Positions 45,933 through 55,507 of a DNA stretch of 64,000 nucleotides are shown piece by piece. Under the pieces are notes generated by a model. The model was given only the letters and a program-made list of their open reading frames with translations, had not been told where the DNA came from and searched no databases. The translations under genes were made by a program, and so were the position numbers. How positions within the stretch are numbered: position 1 is the stretch's first letter; each line of letters begins with the position of its first letter. Source of the DNA: an uncultured Acidimicrobiales bacterium (GTDB taxonomy: Bacteria; Actinomycetota; Acidimicrobiia; Acidimicrobiales; CADCSY01); the NCBI GenBank assembly GCA_902805555.1, contig CADCSY010000043.1, positions 1,028-65,027 of the forward strand, read 5' to 3'.

Positions 45933-46061
45933 TCAGTCGCCCTCGTCGTTGATCTCGCCGTCGCCGATCTCGTCCTCGCCCTCGTCGTCGCCGCAGCCCG
46001 CAGGGCCGAACAGCAGCGCCAGGGCGAGCAGGGCTGCGCCAACCTTCTTCACGTCGAACAT
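45933..46061 (-). CDS. Small acidic lipoprotein (42 aa)
   Basis: ATG is preceded by a strong GAGGAG 6 nt upstream. The product is MFDVKKVGAALLALALLFGPAGCGDDEGEDEIGDGEINDEGD, with a lipobox (GPAGC) followed by a 19-residue tail that is mostly Asp/Glu/Gly. Confidence 0.5.
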   Translation of the reverse strand: MFDVKKVGAALLALALLFGPAGCGDDEGEDEIGDGEINDEGD

Positions 46062-46222
46062 GTGGTTCTCCTCGTGCTGGAAGCGACCGACCGTTCGGCC
46101 GAGCACCCTTCCTAGCCGGTCTCGGGCTGCTGCCGCTCCGCTCGCGTCCCCGGCAGGCCCCGGGGCAACCACCTGGCTCGTCGCCGGGGTCGGACGGACG
46201 TCGTCGCCTCCGCTGTCGCCGT

Positions 46223-47932
46223 TCACCCGCTGCGGCGTCGACGGAGCGCCAGGACGCCGGCCACGGCGGCGCCGCAGAGGGCCGCTGCCCCACCGGCGAG
46301 CGCCGCCCCCGGGGGGCCGTCGTCCCCGCCGGCGTCGGCCCCGGGAGGTGCGGGGGGAGGCGACGTGGGCGGCGGCGCCACGGCCCGCGCCGGGAGCGGT
46401 TCGGCCTCGAACAGCCGGCCGTCGTCGGGGCGCACGGCCCACGAGGCCGCCAGCGTGGACTGGCCGTCTGCGAGGTCGACGTGCCACCAGTCGCACTGGG
46501 CCCGCTCGGCGTCGAACGACGCGATGAGGTACCCGTGCTGCGTGAGCTCGGCCCAGCGGATCTGGGGGAGCTGGCCGGCGATGACGTCGACGGCCGCAGG
46601 CGCGAGGGCGGGGGTGGGGATCCGCACGATCTCGGAGAACGGCTCGGACGTCACGCTGGGCGCCACCCACTCGACCGCCACCGGCTCGTCCTCCTGGCCC
46701 GGCACCTCGAACGCCCACGACGAGTGCACGTCACCGGTGAGCACGACGGTGGGCCCGGCGGCGGCGATCGCCTCGAGGACGCGCGCGCGGGCCGTCGGGT
46801 AGCCGTCCCACGCGTCGGGGTTGACGACCTTGCCCTCGATCGTGAGCCCGAGGGAGCTGGACGAGCCGGCGAGTGGGTCCGGCACCTCGAAAGCGAGCGG
46901 CGTCAGCACCACCTGGTTGCCGAGCACCCGCCACGCAGCGGTGCTCCCGGCGAGCGTGCCGGTGAGCCACGCCTCCTGCGCCTCCGACACCAGGCGGCGC
47001 TCCGGCGAGGCCAGCGCTCCTGCGGCATCGGGGTCGTCGGCCGACACCTGCTCGTCGCGTCCGTCGTGGCGGGTGTCGAGCAGCAGCAGGTCGGCGGCGC
47101 CGCCGAGCGGCAGGTTCCGCCAGATCCGCTCCGGTGTCGAGGGGTCGGGCCGACGCACGGGCAGCCACTCGAGCCAGGCACGGATGGCCGCCGCCCGGCG
47201 GAGCTCCCACGGGCCGTGGTCGTCGGGGTCGTGGTCGTCGGCACCCCCTCGCCAGGCGTTGCCGGCGACGTCGTGGTCGTCCCAGACCGCGGACACCGGG
47301 AGCGCGGCGTGGAGGCGCTGGAGGTCGGGATCGCTGCGCTGCTGCGCGTGGCGTCGCCGGTAGTCGTCGAGGGTGACGGCCACACCGGGCGGGTCGTGCT
47401 GGCGGAGACCGTCACCCGACTCGTAGAGGTAGTCGCCGAGGTGGACGACGAGATCGACGTCCTCAGCTGCCAGGCGGCGGTAGGCGGAGAACGGGCCGGC
47501 CGCGAACGAGGAGCACGACACGACGCCGAGGCGGACCTCCGCCGGGTCGCCGGCGTCACGAGCGGTGCGGGTGCGCCCGACGGGGGACCGGGTCCCCCCG
47601 TGGTCGAAGGCGTAGAAGTACGTGGTGGCAGGTTCGAGCTGTGCCACGGCGACGTGGACGGTGTGGTCGGCGTCGGCGGGCGCCGGGGCCTCTCCTTGCT
47701 GCACCACCTCGGCCAGCGCGTCGTCACGGCCGACGGTCCACCGCACCGTGGCGTCTCCCTCGATCCCGTCGAGCCGGGTCCACAGCACCACCTCGGAGGA
47801 AGTGGGGTCGCCGCTGGCGACGCCGTGGGCGAAGGGGTCCGCCGGCACCGGGGCGGATCGCACCAGCCGGCTGGCCGCGGAGGTGCCGGTCAGGGTCGCG
47901 CCCGCACGCAGGACGTCCCGCCGGCTCAGCAC
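46223..47932 (-). CDS. phoD: Alkaline phosphatase D (PhoD) with Tat signal and C-terminal hydrophobic anchor
   Basis: Tat signal MLSRRDVLRAGATLTG. PhoD patterns are FAHGVASGDP, LGDYLYE and WDDHD. The C-terminus is a Pro-rich linker, then a TM helix, then RRRRSG. Confidence 0.85.
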   Translation of the reverse strand: MLSRRDVLRAGATLTGTSAASRLVRSAPVPADPFAHGVASGDPTSSEVVLWTRLDGIEGDATVRWTVGRDDALAEVVQQGEAPAPADADHTVHVAVAQLEPATTYFYAFDHGGTRSPVGRTRTARDAGDPAEVRLGVVSCSSFAAGPFSAYRRLAAEDVDLVVHLGDYLYESGDGLRQHDPPGVAVTLDDYRRRHAQQRSDPDLQRLHAALPVSAVWDDHDVAGNAWRGGADDHDPDDHGPWELRRAAAIRAWLEWLPVRRPDPSTPERIWRNLPLGGAADLLLLDTRHDGRDEQVSADDPDAAGALASPERRLVSEAQEAWLTGTLAGSTAAWRVLGNQVVLTPLAFEVPDPLAGSSSSLGLTIEGKVVNPDAWDGYPTARARVLEAIAAAGPTVVLTGDVHSSWAFEVPGQEDEPVAVEWVAPSVTSEPFSEIVRIPTPALAPAAVDVIAGQLPQIRWAELTQHGYLIASFDAERAQCDWWHVDLADGQSTLAASWAVRPDDGRLFEAEPLPARAVAPPPTSPPPAPPGADAGGDDGPPGAALAGGAAALCGAAVAGVLALRRRRSG

Positions 47933-47957
47933 GGGCTGGCCTCCTCCCCGGTGGCGA

Positions 47958-48926
47958 TCAGACCCGCAGCCCGCCGATGCGGTCCATGGCGGCCTCGGCC
48001 TCGGCCACGAACCGCGCCACGAGCTCGGCTGCCGGCACGAGCTCGTCGATGGCGCCTGCGCCCTGGCCGCACGGGAAGAACTCGCGCTCGGGGTCGATGC
48101 CGGCGGTCTGGGGACCCGCCCCGAGGTGGAACACGCCCTCGTCCATCGAGCGCACCACCTGTGCGGGGAAGGGCTGCAGCTGCTCGGGGTGCTCCTCGAA
48201 GAAGCGGGTGTAGGGCCCGGCGACCACCCGGCACGTCTTGCCCGTGTAGGCCCTCGAGACGACGGTGCCGTCCTCGCCGGTGCGCAGCAGCACGTCCTTG
48301 TACCCGGGCACGGCCCGGGCCTCGGGGGTGGCGATGAAGCGGGTGCCGACCCACACGCCGTCGGCGCCGAGCGCCAGCGCAGCCGCCAGCCCCCGCCCGT
48401 CGACGATGCCTCCGGCGGCCACCACCGGGACCCGCTCGCCGACGGCGTCGACGATCTGGGGGACGAGGGGGAAGGTGGCGACCTGCCCGGTGTGGCCCCC
48501 GGCCTCGGTCCCCTGGGCCACGACCATGTCGCAACCCGCCTCGACGGCGGCGATGGCGTGGCGCACCTTGCCGCACATGTTCATCACGATCACGTTGCTC
48601 TCGTGGCACAGCTCGACGACCTCGCGCGGCACCCCCAGGCCGGCGACGAAGACCGTCGCGCCACCCCTGATGACCGCCTCGACGTTGCCGACCATGTCGC
48701 CGGGGGAGGCGGTGAGCAGGTCGACGCCGAACGGCTTGTCGGTCGCCTCCCGGACCGCCGCCATCTCGGCCACCATCACGTCGCGGCTCATCGTCGAGGC
48801 ACCCATGCAGCCGAAGCCCCCCGCCTCCGACACCGCAGCGACGAGCGGGGCGTAGGACACCCCGCCCATGCCGGCGAGCATGACCGGGTGCTCGATCTGG
48901 AGGACGTCGGTGAGGCGGGTTCGCAT
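47958..48926 (-). CDS. Nitronate monooxygenase (NMO, 2-nitropropane dioxygenase-like)
   Basis: FMN TIM-barrel patterns are PVMLAGMGGVS, VAQGTEAGGH and AAGGIVDGRGLAAALALGADGVWVGTRF. Confidence 0.85.
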   Translation of the reverse strand: MRTRLTDVLQIEHPVMLAGMGGVSYAPLVAAVSEAGGFGCMGASTMSRDVMVAEMAAVREATDKPFGVDLLTASPGDMVGNVEAVIRGGATVFVAGLGVPREVVELCHESNVIVMNMCGKVRHAIAAVEAGCDMVVAQGTEAGGHTGQVATFPLVPQIVDAVGERVPVVAAGGIVDGRGLAAALALGADGVWVGTRFIATPEARAVPGYKDVLLRTGEDGTVVSRAYTGKTCRVVAGPYTRFFEEHPEQLQPFPAQVVRSMDEGVFHLGAGPQTAGIDPEREFFPCGQGAGAIDELVPAAELVARFVAEAEAAMDRIGGLRV

Positions 48927-48958
48927 CGTGGTCTCCTGGCGGTGTCGGACGACGAACC

Positions 48959-50242
48959 TTAGGGGCGCCCGGCGGCCACCTCGTCGGCCCGGTCCACCTC
49001 GGCGACCGCTCCGGCACGGGCGGGCCGGGCCCAGGCGCCGTCACCGTCGAGCCGGTGCTCCCCCCATCGGCCCGGGGTGGCCAGCAGGGCCCGCGGGTAG
49101 TCCTCGAAGAGCCAGCGGCCGAAGCTGCGGCGGGTCCAGCCGGTCGCCCCGGCCAGCCGCAGGGCGGCCCTGACCCCCTTGCGGTGGCGCACGGCCCGGA
49201 TCAGCAGCTGCGACATGCGGGCGTCGGCCACCAGCTCCCGGCGTACCGCGGCGGTGTAGCGGGCGGCGGCGGCTGCAGGTTCGAGCCCGCCGGCGGCGAG
49301 GACGGCCTCGGCCGCCAGCGTCCCCGTCAGGAGCGCCTGGCCGATCCCCTCACCGGTCAGCGGGTCGGTGGCCGCGGCGGCATCCCCCACGAACAGCGCC
49401 CTCCCACCGGCTGCGTGCAGCGTCGCCGCTCCGACGTGGGCGGGGATGGGCCACGCCTTGTGCGTCCCCTCGGGGGCGGCACCCGGCCCGAGCACGGCCC
49501 GCACGTGGTCGCGGGCGAGGACGTCGGGCCACAGCTTGGCCATGTCCCGGGTGGCGATGCCGCTGCCGCGCTGGATGCCGAAGCCGACGTTCGCCCCCCC
49601 GCCGGACACCGGGAAGGACCAGGCGTACCCCGGGAGCAGGTCTGGTTCGAACCACACGAACAGCTCGCTCGAAGCCCGAGGTCCGACGCCGGTGAAGTAC
49701 TGGCGGAAGGCGTGCCACTCGCCGAGCTCCGGTGCAGTCGGGCCGGCGCCAAGGTGCTTGCGCAACGGGGACCACATGCCGTCCGCCCCGATCGCGTACC
49801 TCGCCGCCACCTGCTCGCCGCCGACGTCGACGACGACCCGGTCGCCCAGGTCCGTCGCACCGGTCACCGCCGTGCCCTCGACCACGGTCACCCTCGGCGC
49901 CACCCGGGCCAGGTCCACCATGGCGGCGTCCAGGTCGGTCCGGCGGGCGACAGCGGCGTAGGCGCCCCGACCTCGTGGCAGGGGGAAGCGGACCTCGTGG
50001 CCGGCGGGCCCCCGGACGACCACGTCGTCGACCTGCTGCCACGAGGCCACCGCAGCGGGCTCGAGCCCGAGGACCTCGAGCAGCCGCAGCGCACCGGTGG
50101 TCAGGCCGTCGCCGCAGCACTTGTCGCGGGGGAAGCGCGCCTTGTCGACGAGGAGCACGTCGAGGCCGCCCCGGGCCGAGGTCAGGGCGGCGGCGACGCC
50201 GGCCGGTCCGGCTCCTGCGACCACGACGTCGACGCTGCGCAC
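48959..50242 (-). CDS. Geranylgeranyl reductase family FAD-dependent oxidoreductase
   Basis: The N-terminus is VDVVVAGAGPAGVAAAL...LLVDKARFPRDKCCGDGLT, and the late FAD motif is FVGDAAAATDPLTGEGI. Confidence 0.85.
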   Translation of the reverse strand: MRSVDVVVAGAGPAGVAAALTSARGGLDVLLVDKARFPRDKCCGDGLTTGALRLLEVLGLEPAAVASWQQVDDVVVRGPAGHEVRFPLPRGRGAYAAVARRTDLDAAMVDLARVAPRVTVVEGTAVTGATDLGDRVVVDVGGEQVAARYAIGADGMWSPLRKHLGAGPTAPELGEWHAFRQYFTGVGPRASSELFVWFEPDLLPGYAWSFPVSGGGANVGFGIQRGSGIATRDMAKLWPDVLARDHVRAVLGPGAAPEGTHKAWPIPAHVGAATLHAAGGRALFVGDAAAATDPLTGEGIGQALLTGTLAAEAVLAAGGLEPAAAAARYTAAVRRELVADARMSQLLIRAVRHRKGVRAALRLAGATGWTRRSFGRWLFEDYPRALLATPGRWGEHRLDGDGAWARPARAGAVAEVDRADEVAAGRP

Positions 50243-50287
50243 GACAGCCGAGCGTACGGGTGCCGGCGACGGGCCCCGCCGCCCGGG

Positions 50288-51388
50288 TCAGGGGCGCCCG
50301 GACGCGGCGGTGGCGGCGAAGGCGCGGACGACCCGGGCTCGCCAGTCCTTCAGGGCGGGGTAGCGCTCCGCCGGGGTCTTGCCGAGGCGCACGACGACGA
50401 GGTCGAGCGCCGGGCTGACGAGGATCGACTGGCCCTCGTAGCCGTTGGCCCAGAACGAGCCGTGCTCGTCGCCGACGACCCACCACTGCGCGCCGTAGCC
50501 GTTGCCGGTCTCCGCATCGGTGGAGCGGTGCCGACGGCCGTGGTCGACCCAGCCGGCCGGGAGCAGGCGGCGACCGTCCCAGGTGCCGTCGCGCAGGTAC
50601 AGCAGACCGAAGCGGGCGAAGTCGCGCGCCGTCGCGTACACGTAGGACGACGCCACCCAGGTGCCGACCTCGTCGAAGGTGGCCCGGGCCGAGGTCATGC
50701 CGAGGGGGTCGAAGAGCCGCTCGTGGAGGAGCCTCCGGTACGGCTCACCGGGCCCGACCGTCCGGGCCACGATGCCCGAGATGATGTTCGTGGTCCCGCT
50801 CGAGTAGTTGAAGCGCTCACCCGGTGGGGCGACGAGGGGCCGACCGGCGGCGAAGGCGGCCACGTCGGTGGCCCCGCTGCCGAAGAGCATCTCGATCACG
50901 TCGGAGACGCCGGCGTCGACGTACTCCTCCGCGAAGTCGAGCCCGTCGCGCATGGCGAGGAGGTGCTCGAGGGTGATGGCGGCGCGAGGGTCTCCCGCCT
51001 CCTGCCACGAGGGGACCTGGGCCCCGGCGTCCAGATCGAGGCGACCTTCGCCGACCAGCGTGCCGACGAGGGCGTGGAGCATGGACTTCGCCATCGACCA
51101 CGACAGCAGCGGCGTGTCGGGTCCGACCTCCTCCGACGGGCGGTCCCAGTGCTCGAGCGCCCCGCCGTAGCGCTCCGCCACCAGCGCGCCGCCCTGCACC
51201 ACCACCACGGCGTAGCTCTGGGCCAGCGGCCCGGTCGGGTCGAAGGCCTCGTCCAGGAGCGGCCCCAGCGCCACGTCCTCCGGCGCCTGCGCCGTGGGCC
51301 ACTCGCCCGTCGGCCACGGGACGCCGGCCGGCTGGGGCGGGAGGGGGACGAGCCCCGAGTCCGGCCGCAGCACCCCGCCGCCGCTCAC
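50288..51388 (-). CDS. Serine hydrolase (beta-lactamase/esterase family)
   Basis: The GTG at 51388 overlaps the upstream stop (GTGA). The S-x-x-K motif is SWSMAKS, with a beta-lactamase-related fold pattern (YSSGTTNI, GQWWV). Confidence 0.8.
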   Translation of the reverse strand: MSGGGVLRPDSGLVPLPPQPAGVPWPTGEWPTAQAPEDVALGPLLDEAFDPTGPLAQSYAVVVVQGGALVAERYGGALEHWDRPSEEVGPDTPLLSWSMAKSMLHALVGTLVGEGRLDLDAGAQVPSWQEAGDPRAAITLEHLLAMRDGLDFAEEYVDAGVSDVIEMLFGSGATDVAAFAAGRPLVAPPGERFNYSSGTTNIISGIVARTVGPGEPYRRLLHERLFDPLGMTSARATFDEVGTWVASSYVYATARDFARFGLLYLRDGTWDGRRLLPAGWVDHGRRHRSTDAETGNGYGAQWWVVGDEHGSFWANGYEGQSILVSPALDLVVVRLGKTPAERYPALKDWRARVVRAFAATAASGRP

Positions 51389-52092
51389 GTCTCGAACGTC
51401 TCGGCCAGGAACTCGACGGTGAGTGGCCACGAGACGGCAGCGGCGTCCGGGTTCGAGAACTGGGGGGACAGGTGGTTCTCGAAGGCGTGGCCCGCCCCCG
51501 GCTGGACGTGGAGCTCGACGTCGTCCCGGTCGGCGAAGCCCTTCCGGATCGCCTCGACCTGCTCAGCCGGGATGAAGGGGTCCTGTCCCCCGAAGTGGAA
51601 CATCGTCGGGCACGTGGGTCGCTCACCCGCCGCCAGGAGGTCGGCGACGCCCGAGCCGTAGTAGGAGACGCAGGCGTCGACGTCGCCGTTGGCCGCGGCG
51701 CGGTAGGCGAGCGTCCCGCCCAGGCAGTAGCCCACCGACGCCACCTTCCCCGTCACCTCCGGCAGCCCCCGCAGGTGCGCGAGAGCCGCCCTGAGGTCGT
51801 CGACCTTGTCTGCGTCGGCCACCTCGGCCGACCACCGCTGGACCAGCGCGAACCCCTCCTGGAGGCCCGCTTCGTCGTGGGGGAGCGTCACCCCCTGCTG
51901 GACCCGCCAGAACACGTCGGGGCACGACACGACGTAGCCCTCTTGGGCCAGCGCCGCCGCCTTTGCCAGCAGGAAGTCGTTGACGCCGAAGATCTCCTGG
52001 TACAGCAGGACGCCGTGGCCGCTGGGTTCGTCGGGGACCACGACGGTCGCCTCGTAGGACGGGGCGATGGTCTCGATCCTGGTCGTGGGCAC
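51385..52092 (-). CDS. Dienelactone hydrolase family protein
   Basis: GTG at 52092 lies inside ORF 51385..52554. The nucleophile region is VGYCLGG, with HFGGQDPFIP and a C-terminal GAGHAF. Confidence 0.8.
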   Translation of the reverse strand: MPTTRIETIAPSYEATVVVPDEPSGHGVLLYQEIFGVNDFLLAKAAALAQEGYVVSCPDVFWRVQQGVTLPHDEAGLQEGFALVQRWSAEVADADKVDDLRAALAHLRGLPEVTGKVASVGYCLGGTLAYRAAANGDVDACVSYYGSGVADLLAAGERPTCPTMFHFGGQDPFIPAEQVEAIRKGFADRDDVELHVQPGAGHAFENHLSPQFSNPDAAAVSWPLTVEFLAETFET

Positions 52093-52141
52093 GCCCCGGA
52101 GCCTACGTCGAGCCCCGTCGCGGCCGGCCCGTGGGGACGGC

Positions 52142-52564
52142 TCAGTGGACGGCGACGACCGCCTCGGCCTCGATCTCGACCCTCCAGCGGGGGTCGAGCA
52201 GGGCGGCGACGACCACCATCGTCGCCGCCGGGCGCACGCCGGTGAAGGCGGCCCCGTGCGCCAGCCCCACCGCTTCGGCGTCGGTGGCGGCGGTGAGGTA
52301 CATCCGGGTGCGGACCACGTCGGCGAGCGACGCCCCCAGCTCGGCGAGCGCCGTGGCGATGATCTCGAGGCACCTGCCAGCCTGCTCCCGGGCGTCGTCC
52401 GGGCAGGAGCCGTCGGGCCACACCGGCCCTGTCCCCGACACCACGACGCGGTCACCGACCCGGACGGCCCGGCTGAACCCGATGGCCGGCTCGTAAGGGG
52501 AACCCGAGGACACCGCACGCCGGGCGCCGTCGACCGGCGCCTCCCGCTCAGCACCCTCGGGCAT
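52142..52564 (-). CDS. RidA/YjgF family protein
   Basis: The start is MPEGAE. The YjgF pattern runs ...RVGDRVVVSGTGP...DVVRTRMYL...VEIEAEAV. Confidence 0.8.
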   Translation of the reverse strand: MPEGAEREAPVDGARRAVSSGSPYEPAIGFSRAVRVGDRVVVSGTGPVWPDGSCPDDAREQAGRCLEIIATALAELGASLADVVRTRMYLTAATDAEAVGLAHGAAFTGVRPAATMVVVAALLDPRWRVEIEAEAVVAVH

Positions 52565-52627
52565 CGGTCCCTCCTCGGCTCGCGCGCGCTGAGGCGGCCA
52601 CCTGCACACCCCTGCCGACGACCTCGG

Positions 52628-54436
52628 TCAGCAGTCGACGCCCTCCTCGGGCCTGTAGGTGGCGTAGACCTCGTCCTGCTCCGTGCGGCCGTCGGCCACG
52701 AACGTCCGGGTCCGGGTGGTCGTGACCCTGGTGCAGGCGCCGACCGGGGCCTCTGACTGCGCCGTCTGCTCGCCGCGCGCCCACGGCGTCGAGTAGAGGG
52801 TGACCGTGATGCTCGACGGCGTGTAGGTGGGCCAGATGAGCACCCCGTGGGGCGTCGCGTTCTCGATGACGAGGTCGGGCTCGGGGAACGACAGCGTCGC
52901 CTCCCGGCCGTAGGGGTACCGGCTGATGTAGATCGAGTGGGACTGGTAGGTCCCGTACTCGAGGCCGCCGAAGAACGCGGCGTTGAACAGCGTGGTCGCG
53001 TACTGCGAGATGCCGCCGCCCACGCTCTCCTCGAAGACCCCGTTCTGGATCACCCCGCCGGTTGTGAAGCCGTTCGCCTCCGTGCGCCGGCCGACGAAGT
53101 CGTTGACCGAGAACGAGCCACCGGGCTCGATGACGACGCCGCGGGTGAGGTCGGCGATGCGGTGGATGTTCAGGACCCGGCTCTGCCCCGCCGGGAAGCT
53201 GGTGGTGAAGGTGCCGACCGCCTCGCGGATCCCGAGCGCGGCGGCATCGGCCTCCGTCCGGTCGGGCTCCGCCTCCACGAGGGGGACGGCCACCGGCCCT
53301 GCCGGCCGCTCGAGCAGCGCAGCCACCGCCAGGTCGCCTGCGCCGGGTGCGCAGCAGCGGGTCCCGTTCACCCCCGGCACGATGACGACGCGGCCCTCCT
53401 CCACCGTGAACGACGCATCGGTGGGCGGGGCGCCGACGTCGCCGAGGAGGGCCTCGATGTCAGCCGCAGCCCGGACCGGGTCCGTCCGCAGCTGGAGGCC
53501 GTCGGGCGCAGGCACGGCCGACAGCCACGTCTGCATCGTGGTGCCGGGCACCTGGGTCCCGGTGTCCCCGGCCTGGAGGGCGAGCGGCTCGACGGTGAGC
53601 CGGCGGCCCTGCTCGACGAGCGCCGCTGCGTCCGCCTCGTCGAAGCGGGGAGGCACCGGGCGAGGGCTCGACCGCGTGCTGATCGGGATGTCGCCGGAGG
53701 AGGCCGCAGCCACGATGCCCCGGCCGACGAGCTCAGGGTCGAGGCCGCTGCCGGGGACGCCGGGCACGACTGCGAGGTCCCCGTCCCTCGCCTCGATCCC
53801 GGGCTCGACGGGCGCCACCGGCGACGTCGGGTCCCGATCGGCCACCACCGACTCGGTGCTCGTGGGGTCGAGGGTGACGGTGACGTCGGCGTGGCGCTCG
53901 TCCAGCAGCGAGCGCGCCCAGGAGGTGAACCGGCTCACGGCCGAGCCACGCCGACCCACGGCGAGCACCTGCCGGCGCGTCGTCTCGACGTCGAGCGCCA
54001 GGCCGAGCTCCTCGCCCGTGGCCCGCAGCTCGCCGCCAGGGGTGGACACGGTGACAGGGGCGGTCGGATAGGTCTCGGCGATCTCCGCCAGCGAGCTGTC
54101 GAGCTCGGCCCGGTCGAGCCCTCCCACCTGGCGGCCCGCCACCTCCACGTTGCGCAGCGCCTCGCCCTCGGACGCCCAGCTGTCGAGGGCCCAGGCGCCG
54201 AGCGCCAGGACCAGCAGGACGACCGGGACGAGCAGCAGCCCGACGACGCCGAGGGCCCGTCGGCCGCCCCCGCGCCGCGGGGCTGCATGCGCCCGGCTCA
54301 GCGGACCGGTGCGATCGCGCGGCCCGTGCGCCGGCGTCTGACGGGGGGCTGTGCCACGGCGAGGTCGGGTCGCGCCACCGGCCGGTCGCTCATGGGTCGA
54401 TGCTGCCAGATCGTCCGCCTCACGTCGTGGCACCAC
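52628..54436 (-). CDS. VanW family protein (N-terminal TM anchor)
   Basis: Arg-rich N-terminus plus a TM helix (LGVVGLLLVPVVLLVLALGAWAL). The C-terminal VanW domain pattern is GGGISQYATTLFNAAFFGGLE...SRYPYGREATL. Confidence 0.8.
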   Translation of the reverse strand: MVPRREADDLAASTHERPAGGATRPRRGTAPRQTPAHGPRDRTGPLSRAHAAPRRGGGRRALGVVGLLLVPVVLLVLALGAWALDSWASEGEALRNVEVAGRQVGGLDRAELDSSLAEIAETYPTAPVTVSTPGGELRATGEELGLALDVETTRRQVLAVGRRGSAVSRFTSWARSLLDERHADVTVTLDPTSTESVVADRDPTSPVAPVEPGIEARDGDLAVVPGVPGSGLDPELVGRGIVAAASSGDIPISTRSSPRPVPPRFDEADAAALVEQGRRLTVEPLALQAGDTGTQVPGTTMQTWLSAVPAPDGLQLRTDPVRAAADIEALLGDVGAPPTDASFTVEEGRVVIVPGVNGTRCCAPGAGDLAVAALLERPAGPVAVPLVEAEPDRTEADAAALGIREAVGTFTTSFPAGQSRVLNIHRIADLTRGVVIEPGGSFSVNDFVGRRTEANGFTTGGVIQNGVFEESVGGGISQYATTLFNAAFFGGLEYGTYQSHSIYISRYPYGREATLSFPEPDLVIENATPHGVLIWPTYTPSSITVTLYSTPWARGEQTAQSEAPVGACTRVTTTRTRTFVADGRTEQDEVYATYRPEEGVDC

Positions 54437-54457
54437 GCTGCCACGCAGGGCGACGGC

Positions 54458-54736
54458 TCATCCGCCGCTCTGCACCTCGGGGCTCGGGGTCACCTCGTCG
54501 GGGTTCGGCTGGACGGGCGATGCGTCGGACCCGAGGGCGGGGTCGGCCGAGTCGTCTCCGGCGGCCATGCGCCGCGCCTTCTCCTCGAGGTCGATCGACG
54601 CCTCGCCGCCGACGTCGCCGACCTGGGTGCCGCCCTCGTAGCCGGTCTCACCGGGACCGGAGGCGCCGTCGCCCGGGTTCGGGTTGACGTTGTCGCCCCG
54701 GGGCGGGTTGGCAGCTGATGCGTCGCGCTCGTCCAT
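54458..54736 (-). CDS. Hypothetical acidic, probably disordered protein (92 aa)
   Basis: ATG start with consistently high third-position GC across the ORF. Composition is Gly/Asp/Pro/Glu-rich with one short helical stretch (IDLEEKARRMAAG). It is wedged 21 nt upstream of vanW and 44 nt downstream of nucS. Confidence 0.5.
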   Translation of the reverse strand: MDERDASAANPPRGDNVNPNPGDGASGPGETGYEGGTQVGDVGGEASIDLEEKARRMAAGDDSADPALGSDASPVQPNPDEVTPSPEVQSGG

Positions 54737-54780
54737 GGCGCCCTCTTGCCCCCGCCCCTGGGGCCGGAAACGACGGCGGC

Positions 54781-55443
54781 TCAGCCCTCGAAGAGCGTCA
54801 GCTCCGGGGTGCGCCGCTGGGCGAGCACGTCGAAGTCGACCTCCACCCAGGCGATCCCCCGGTCACGGGCGAGCGTGCGCGCCTGCGGCTTCACCGTGCC
54901 GGCGACGTAGATCCCGCGGACGTCGCGGAGGGTGGTGTCCTGCTCGAGGTAGCGCAGGTACCGGGTGAGCTGTTCGACCCCGTCGATGTCACCCACCCGC
55001 TTCACCTCGACCGCCACCGCCCGCCCTCGGCCGTCGAGGCACAGCAGGTCGACGGGGCCGATGGGTGTGACGTGCTCGCGCCGGACGAGGCGGAGGCCCT
55101 CCTCGATGCAGTCGCAGGCGCCGGCCAGCAGGCCCTGGATCTCGGCCTCGCTGTGGGTCTTGACCAACCCGGGCTCCCCGCCGAGCGCCGTGGTGACGTC
55201 GGAGTGGACGGCGGTGATGGCGATGTCGAGCCGCTCCCCCTTCGCACCGGTGGCCGTCCAGCCCGAGGGCCCCTCCACGAGCCGGCACGGGGGCGACATC
55301 CAGTTGAGGGCCTTCGAGCCGCTGTCGGCGTGGATGAGGATCGTGCCGTCGGCCTTCACCACGAGCAGTCGGTCGGCTTCGGGCAGCGTGGCCGAGAGCC
55401 GGCCCGTGTAGGTCACCGAGCAGGTGGCGACCACCAGGCGCAT
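54781..55443 (-). CDS. nucS: Endonuclease NucS (EndoMS, non-canonical mismatch repair)
   Basis: MRLVVATCSVTYTGRLSATLPEADRLLVVKADGTILIHADSG... with a C-terminal RecB-like nuclease core (PIGPVDLLCLD, VAVEVKR). The 220-aa length fits NucS. Confidence 0.9.
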   Translation of the reverse strand: MRLVVATCSVTYTGRLSATLPEADRLLVVKADGTILIHADSGSKALNWMSPPCRLVEGPSGWTATGAKGERLDIAITAVHSDVTTALGGEPGLVKTHSEAEIQGLLAGACDCIEEGLRLVRREHVTPIGPVDLLCLDGRGRAVAVEVKRVGDIDGVEQLTRYLRYLEQDTTLRDVRGIYVAGTVKPQARTLARDRGIAWVEVDFDVLAQRRTPELTLFEG

Positions 55444-55507
55444 GGCGCCTTCCTACCAGCGGTGGCCCCGCCCGACGTGCCGGCCGCCGGGGGGCCCGAC
55501 CCCGGCG

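Noticed and set aside
46054-46069. SOS-box-like sequence TCGAACATGTGGTTCT
   Set aside because: Only the left half-site (TCGAAC) matches the actinobacterial LexA consensus TCGAAC-N4-GTTCGA. The right half is off in both sequence and spacing, and the site overlaps a start codon rather than a promoter.
49644-49653. GGTTCGAACC, reminiscent of a tRNA T-arm
   Set aside because: It lies inside the geranylgeranyl reductase ORF, and no acceptor or anticodon stems can be built around it. I found no tRNA elsewhere in the window.
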